A DNA stretch of 64,000 nucleotides from a virus, in the IMG/VR virus record IMGVR_UViG_3300029389_000414. The stretch is one strand, 5' to 3'. The translations under genes were made by a program, and so were the position numbers. Positions 58,602-64,000 of the stretch are shown piece by piece (position 1 is the first letter of the stretch; every line of letters begins with the position of its first letter). Under the pieces are notes generated by a model. It was not told where the DNA came from, made no database searches, and saw only the letters and a program-made list of their open reading frames with translations.

Positions 58602-59255
58602 TTACTCTTCACTCTTTCTTCTCCTTTCTGCAACTGCCATTCCAATGACCAGAACAGATGCACCTGCAAGCATCAGATACACATTCGTCCGGGCCGTATC
58701 CCCCGTCTTTACCGTTTTTGTCTTTGTTGTCTTTCCCTTTTTCGGCTCCGTTGTTTTTCCCGGAGTCGGTTTCGGTTCTGTCGTATCGTATTTGACATAA
58801 CTTGTCAGGGAAGATTCCATTTTAGAGCTGATCTTCAATACGAATGGGACCGGATCATAGGTGTAACCATCGATCTTCATCGTATCCCCGAGGATTAGGT
58901 AGGTACCGTCCTGGAAAGAAGCTTTTCCTTCGCCTGCGGCATTGGTCGTGAACCGTTTTATCGGTTCGATTCCCGGATGGGAGTTCACATAAGTCTTTAA
59001 TGCTAGGGCATATTCCGCTTCATCTCCGGTATCTGTAACTTCCGCAAAACCATTCACGGCTGTTCCGGTCTCATCTACGACCTGGTATGCTTTGAACCCT
59101 TCATTTTCAAAAGTCACTTTCTGGTCCGTAGTCGCACATTTAAAGGTAACGTCATAACTGGATGAGGCTGCCATTACGCTGGTCGCTGGAAAAATGCTTG
59201 TGGCAGCCATGAGAAGTAAGGCGCCGATAAAATTGATACCTTTTCTGATTTTCAA
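58602..59255 (-). CDS. sortase-substrate pilin-like protein (Cna-B-like fold) with atypical sorting signal
   Basis: TTG start with aaggaggg RBS; signal peptide; C-terminal TVKTGDTA, then TM helix, then RRRKSEE. Confidence 0.55.
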   Translation of the reverse strand: MKIRKGINFIGALLLMAATSIFPATSVMAASSSYDVTFKCATTDQKVTFENEGFKAYQVVDETGTAVNGFAEVTDTGDEAEYALALKTYVNSHPGIEPIKRFTTNAAGEGKASFQDGTYLILGDTMKIDGYTYDPVPFVLKISSKMESSLTSYVKYDTTEPKPTPGKTTEPKKGKTTKTKTVKTGDTARTNVYLMLAGASVLVIGMAVAERRRKSEE

Positions 59256-59273
59256 GATATTTTCCCTCCTTTT

Positions 59274-59735
59274 TTAGAAATAAATAGTTCTTGCACTAAA
59301 TGCAGAAAATCCAAGGATCACTGCAACCAGGATATAAAGAACAAATAACACTGCAATGATCAGGAGCTGTGCCTTGCAGAAGTTCTTCCGGTTTTCATTT
59401 CCTGCAGAACTAAATCCCCAGACAATGTACAGGATGATACCGACACATGGGATCATTCCCATGATCAGTGTCACGACCCACTGTCCGATTCCCAGAACTG
59501 AAGTATCGTTCCCATACTGGTTATTCTGAGGCATGTATGGCGGTACCGTCTGGGAGTGTTCCTGCTGATATCCACCAGCCTGCTGGTAATTTCCTCCATT
59601 CTGCGCCTGCTGACCGTAAGCATATCCGTTCTGTTCCATATTCGGGATATCTTCTCTTGCATGCACTTCTTCCGGACCCGATGCTGATCCATTTCCTACC
59701 CGGTATTCCGGAAGCCCGTTATTATTATTTTCCAT
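59274..59735 (-). CDS. Gln/Asn-rich membrane protein (two TM helices)
   Basis: Start at the ATG after ggaggaaaaaac; Q/N/G/Y-rich N-terminal half. Confidence 0.5.
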   Translation of the reverse strand: MENNNNGLPEYRVGNGSASGPEEVHAREDIPNMEQNGYAYGQQAQNGGNYQQAGGYQQEHSQTVPPYMPQNNQYGNDTSVLGIGQWVVTLIMGMIPCVGIILYIVWGFSSAGNENRKNFCKAQLLIIAVLFVLYILVAVILGFSAFSARTIYF

Positions 59736-59757
59736 GTTTTTTCCTCCACATTCCTTT

Positions 59758-60441
59758 TTAACTTGATGATGATGGCAGATACGGCCGTAATGCTCCTGCC
59801 ACATTGCTGATCGGCATTGTCTGTAACCATACATGTCCGGGTCCTGTAATGACTGTATGAAAGAACCCTTCCCCGCCAAAGAGCATATTTTTGACTCCCG
59901 GCACACTGATGATCTCCATACGACAGCTCCCGGTCATGGCAGCCAAGTGTCCGGTATCGACCACGATCTGCTGCCCTGGCTGTAGCTCATATCCCACGAC
60001 ATGTCCGTCAAACTCTGCAAATACGGTCCCATTTCCTGACAGTCTTTGCATAATGAATCCTTCTCCGCCGAACAGTCCTGCTCCAATCTTTTTATTAAAG
60101 AAAACAGAGAGATTTACACCTGCTTCGCCGGCAAGGAATGCGCTTTTCTGAAAGATCATTTCCTGTCCCGGACTAATGCGGAACGCTTTGATCGATCCTG
60201 GAAAGCTGGAAGCGAATGCGATCATTCCGGGACCGCCCTGGGCTGTATAGATATTCTGAAACATCTTTTCGCCTGAGAACATCCGTCCGATCGCTTTTCC
60301 GACTCCACCATTCGTTGTTGTTTCCATTTTCATGTTCGGGGACATCCAGGACATCCCACCGCCTTCTGTGATCATTCGTTCCCCGTTCTCCAGATTACAG
60401 ATCACGACCGGAAGTGTTTCACCTTTGATCTCATATCTCAT
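59758..60441 (-). CDS. TIGR00266/DUF124 (AIM24-like) family protein
   Basis: MRYEIKGETLPVV...EGGGM...LFGGEGF...VDTGH...FGGEGFF...LQTMP. Confidence 0.75.
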   Translation of the reverse strand: MRYEIKGETLPVVICNLENGERMITEGGGMSWMSPNMKMETTTNGGVGKAIGRMFSGEKMFQNIYTAQGGPGMIAFASSFPGSIKAFRISPGQEMIFQKSAFLAGEAGVNLSVFFNKKIGAGLFGGEGFIMQRLSGNGTVFAEFDGHVVGYELQPGQQIVVDTGHLAAMTGSCRMEIISVPGVKNMLFGGEGFFHTVITGPGHVWLQTMPISNVAGALRPYLPSSSS

Positions 60442-61343
60442 AAATTTTTCCTTTCTCTGATACGTTTCCGGATCCTTTTAATATCCGGGATGATATAGAT
60501 AAGCAGGATCAGTATTGCTCCCAATGCCATCACAAGCTCATATACCGCGAACCTTGCCATGAGCCATTCCCAGATACGTTCCCATATCGGCTTCTGTTGC
60601 TGTGCTTTTTTGATCTGTTTCTTATCCGGGGTTGGAATCCTTATCCCTCGGACTAATAGTCTCTGGGAGTTCAGCCCTACCGGGATACAGGTAATGAGTG
60701 TACAGTAATCTTTTCCTTCTTCGATCCCAAGTTTTGAAATGTCATCCGGATACACTTGATTGATCAGATCGACCTGGTAAGTCAGGGTCTTATCGAGGAC
60801 TTTGATCTGGAATGTGTCTCCTTTTTCCAGCTTGGTAAGTTCTGAGAACATTTTTAGCCCTGCCATTCCGGTATGCCCGGATAACACACAATGCGTGCTC
60901 TCTCCGCCGACCGGCAGGGATGATCCTTCATAGTGTCCGACTCCGGACTGCAGGACCGCGTCTCCTGTCCCGTGGTAGATTGGCATATTCTTGACCCCGA
61001 TCTTATCGCAGGTAATATAGGCCATGACATCTGTCCCCGGGAGTTTTAATTTACTTTGGTATACTGATCTTTCTTCATCTGTCATCGCAAACCGGGAATC
61101 GCCTTGAGGCGGCAGGGTATTGTTATAATCAATGGCATCCTGTAAAAGTGTTTCATAGTCCTGCTTGTCCATATCCTTTACGGTATCCTGATATGACCCA
61201 AACATTTGACTAGTATGCTGTGCATTCCACAGATCGGAGAAAATAGGATAACCAAGCATGCATACGCAGAGCAGTAAAAGGATATCGGACACGATCAATG
61301 TACGGATGGACTGAGTTTTCTTCTTTTTCTTTTTGTTACGCAT
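60438..61343 (-). CDS. class C (pilus-associated) sortase
   Basis: N- and C-terminal TM helices; LSGHTG; TLITC active site. Confidence 0.85.
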   Translation of the reverse strand: MRNKKKKKKTQSIRTLIVSDILLLLCVCMLGYPIFSDLWNAQHTSQMFGSYQDTVKDMDKQDYETLLQDAIDYNNTLPPQGDSRFAMTDEERSVYQSKLKLPGTDVMAYITCDKIGVKNMPIYHGTGDAVLQSGVGHYEGSSLPVGGESTHCVLSGHTGMAGLKMFSELTKLEKGDTFQIKVLDKTLTYQVDLINQVYPDDISKLGIEEGKDYCTLITCIPVGLNSQRLLVRGIRIPTPDKKQIKKAQQQKPIWERIWEWLMARFAVYELVMALGAILILLIYIIPDIKRIRKRIRERKNL

Positions 61344-61431
61344 TTCTTTTCGTCCTTGTTATATTGTTGCTGATATGGAAAAACGGGAGAGGATATCCCT
61401 CCCCCGTTTAAAGGTTCATGTCATAAAGCTT

Positions 61432-62979
61432 TTATGCTTCTTCTTTCTTTCTCATTCTTACGATTCCGCTTGCACCAAGTACAAGAGCAGCTCCGCCTAC
61501 GAGAACGATGAGTCCTGTAGATCCTGTTGTCGGAAGTACAGTACCACCGATATTGACTACATCACCTGTCAGAGATCCGGCAGTTACACTTCCTGTCAGT
61601 GCGCTTGTTCCCATTGCCTGGTCTTTGTCTGCTACATTTGCTGCTACGAGGCCTGTAAGCTCATCACCTGTAAAGGATGAATCAACATCGAATGTAATAT
61701 CCTTGATCGTATTATATCCGTTCGGTGTAGTTGTCTCGGAGAGCTTGTATGTACCTGCATCCAGTCCTTCCCATTTGAACAGGTTCTTCTTTCCGTCTTT
61801 TCCTGTAGCACCTTTGACTTCATCGCCGACCTTATTAAAGGTTCCTTTGGAATCTTTTTTGTAAAGGGTAAATCCGGCACCTTCGAGGGCTTTCTTATCC
61901 TTGTCTGTTTTGTTTACAATCAACTGGTAGCTGTATACTTTGACTTCTTTTTCCGGTGTCTCGGATGTGCTGCCTTCCTGGTCTGTATTCGGGTTGTTTG
62001 AGAATGTCAGTGTAACTGTATTCGGGTTTCCTGCAGAACCAAGAACTGTTCCATTTGCAGTTGTGTTTAATGTAGCTGTGTATTCTACGACAACCTTGGA
62101 ATCTTTATTTACAAGCTTGGATCCATCTTCATTTGTCAAAGCTTTCAAGTCGTCACAGCTGACTGTGAATTTGCCGTTTGCAACATCTGAGATTGTAAAC
62201 TTGCTTGTAACATCTGTTCCGTCGATGGATACTTTTACGCCGTCTTTTGCACATCTTGTAAGACCTGCGCTGAGTGTATCGTTGAAAGAATATTTGTATG
62301 TCTGGTACTCATCATAGTTTGCTGCAATTGTACCTGTTAACTGGAATGGAATCACATCTCCAATATCGTAATCACCATGTCCCTGCCAATCAGATACTTT
62401 GCCTGTTGTATCGTTTGTCTCTTTGACTTTCTTTTCTACAGTCGGAACTGCTACTTTTCTTTCAATTGTTGTATTTCCTGCTACCTTTACGATGTAAAGT
62501 GTGTATGCATCGTAATCTCCAACAGATCCTGCTGCTTTATCTTTGATGAGGTAGTAACCAGGTGCAACGGTTGCCGGTGAATCCTTTGTTACGGATTTGA
62601 TCGGTGCGCTTCCAAGGTCTACATATTTCTCGATCGCTGCAAGCTTCTGGCTGTCTGTAGTGGATGTTTTTGCTGTATCCACGATATCTTTTACAGCAGC
62701 ATTTACAGATGCCTCGTCTGTGTTTCCTTTGTAGTTCTGACCAGCTTTGATGTTGGACAGTTTGTTTCCGGAATCACTTCCGTCTGCTTTCGTACCAGCT
62801 AAATCACCTTTTAAGATCTGATAAACATCGTAGGAATGTGTATCGTCTGTTTTTGCTGAGATCGTGAATGTTCTTGTATCTGTGATCTCATTGTTTGCTG
62901 CAAGTACAGGTACTGCAGTCCCCATTACCATGGCTGCTGACAGCCCCATTGTTGCAAGTTTTACCACTCTTTCTTTCAT
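61432..62979 (-). CDS. major pilin subunit (SpaA-like) with E-box and LPTTG anchor
   Basis: Signal peptide; YKLSETTTPNGY E-box; LPTTGSTG plus TM helix plus RMRKKEEA. Confidence 0.8.
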   Translation of the reverse strand: MKERVVKLATMGLSAAMVMGTAVPVLAANNEITDTRTFTISAKTDDTHSYDVYQILKGDLAGTKADGSDSGNKLSNIKAGQNYKGNTDEASVNAAVKDIVDTAKTSTTDSQKLAAIEKYVDLGSAPIKSVTKDSPATVAPGYYLIKDKAAGSVGDYDAYTLYIVKVAGNTTIERKVAVPTVEKKVKETNDTTGKVSDWQGHGDYDIGDVIPFQLTGTIAANYDEYQTYKYSFNDTLSAGLTRCAKDGVKVSIDGTDVTSKFTISDVANGKFTVSCDDLKALTNEDGSKLVNKDSKVVVEYTATLNTTANGTVLGSAGNPNTVTLTFSNNPNTDQEGSTSETPEKEVKVYSYQLIVNKTDKDKKALEGAGFTLYKKDSKGTFNKVGDEVKGATGKDGKKNLFKWEGLDAGTYKLSETTTPNGYNTIKDITFDVDSSFTGDELTGLVAANVADKDQAMGTSALTGSVTAGSLTGDVVNIGGTVLPTTGSTGLIVLVGGAALVLGASGIVRMRKKEEA

Positions 62980-63233
62980 ATCTTCTCTTTTCCTTTCTTT
63001 TCCACTATCCGGCCGGATATCGGGACGGACTGCCGGGGGGAATCTTATTTTTTATTTCCGGCATCTGGGTTCGTTTCGGCGGTATGTCCGGCAGATGTTC
63101 CCTTCTAGATCTGCCGCCGGCGTCTGTGGTGTTTTCCCTTTCATATATAGTATGGAAAATCATGCATTTAATTGTGAACGGACGGGGATATTACCTATCC
63201 CCATACCGTTCCTTAACGGATATTCACAGTCTT

Positions 63234-64000
63234 TTACTGGTCCTGTCCGTCGTTTTTATCTTTCTTTTTGTCCTTTTTAAAGACACATACACTGCCGATC
63301 ACAAGGAGTGCTGCTGCGCCTGCAAACAGTCCGTACATACGGAAGTTATCCCCTGTCTGTACCTTGCCCTTTGCCGGCTTTGGAGGGTTTACAAGCTTGA
63401 CGGTCTGACCTTCGTCATTGATGTCCTCATGATTTGCAATTTCTTTGCCATCAGCAGTATAAAGTTTTTCGAATACGACTACAGACTTGCCACCAAGTTT
63501 GGAAGCATCAAACGTAAAGTCCACATTGACCGTTCCGCTTTCTTTTTCTGCAGTGAATTCAGCTTCCGCTTTGACCTCATTGCCATTTATAAGGACAGCC
63601 TTTCCTGTTTCCTTATCCATCAAAGTACCAACGACTTTGTATTTTGCACCAGGAAGCAGGTTCTCATACCGGACAGCATCCGTAATCGTTACTTTACCTG
63701 CTGCAGTTACCTGATGATCGCCATCCGCCTTATCTGTTGCAGTTGTATGGATCTCTGGGAAATAAATGCTCTGGTCCTTATCGTTGATATCAGAATGTGT
63801 TGCCACCTGTTTGCCATCAATGTAAAGGTCTTCGAATGCTACGATCGTCTGATTCTTTAATGCAGAACCATCGAATTCAAATATAACTTCTACACTTCCC
63901 TCAGATTTCTCTGCAGTGAATGTAGTTTTACCAGTCACTTCCTTGCCATCTACGAGCAATGTTTTTTCAGTTGCTTTATCATAGAGTTTTCCGCTTACAG
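63234..64000 (-). CDS. surface protein (3' part; runs off the window) with the same repeat domains as the giant adhesin
   Basis: Repeats HSDINDKDQSIYFP / HEDINDEGQTVKL; C-terminal KVQTGDN sorting-signal variant, then TM helix, then KKDKKKDK. Confidence 0.6.
   Translation of the reverse strand, partial: VSGKLYDKATEKTLLVDGKEVTGKTTFTAEKSEGSVEVIFEFDGSALKNQTIVAFEDLYIDGKQVATHSDINDKDQSIYFPEIHTTATDKADGDHQVTAAGKVTITDAVRYENLLPGAKYKVVGTLMDKETGKAVLINGNEVKAEAEFTAEKESGTVNVDFTFDASKLGGKSVVVFEKLYTADGKEIANHEDINDEGQTVKLVNPPKPAKGKVQTGDNFRMYGLFAGAAALLVIGSVCVFKKDKKKDKNDGQDQ

Noticed and set aside
1-64000. Prophage interpretation of the whole window
   Set aside because: No terminase, portal, capsid, tail or lysis genes could be recognised. 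Content is dominated by hypothetical small genes, IS elements and surface proteins.

Overview
This reads as a low-GC Firmicutes (Clostridia-like) accessory island, with nearly every gene on the minus strand. A complete large serine recombinase sits at the left edge. Beyond it are a bacterial PARP-like enzyme (WGR plus H-Y-E catalytic domain) next to a macro-like protein, then a lipoprotein DNA/RNA endonuclease. From about 9 to 23.6 kb, roughly 30 small unrelated minus-strand ORFs are separated by a highly similar ~150-bp module of terminator, promoter and conserved 5'UTR bracketed by short inverted repeats. The next stretch holds hypothetical genes, including an FtsK-gamma-like DNA binder and a MazG-like NTP pyrophosphatase. 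Two divergent IscB (OMEGA) elements each carry an upstream omega-RNA region, a third truncated copy keeps only the omega-RNA region, and there is a TnpB element plus a solo IS-end remnant. An RNase H fusion whose C-terminal domain also occurs stand-alone flanks an HNH endonuclease. Seven minus-strand tRNA genes surround an XRE-family HTH gene. Beside them lies an orphan 7-repeat, type II-like CRISPR array with no cas genes anywhere in the window. Next to the array is an operon encoding a truncated RNA polymerase beta-prime clamp paralog and an HTH protein, which I consider the most novel candidate here. Further right are an Rpn (YhgA-like) nuclease, an HD-GYP protein, a PP2C phosphatase, a NERD protein, a 2177-aa LPXTG adhesin flanked by 16-bp iteron-like repeats, and a sortase-pilus cluster. 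No phage structural genes are recognisable.
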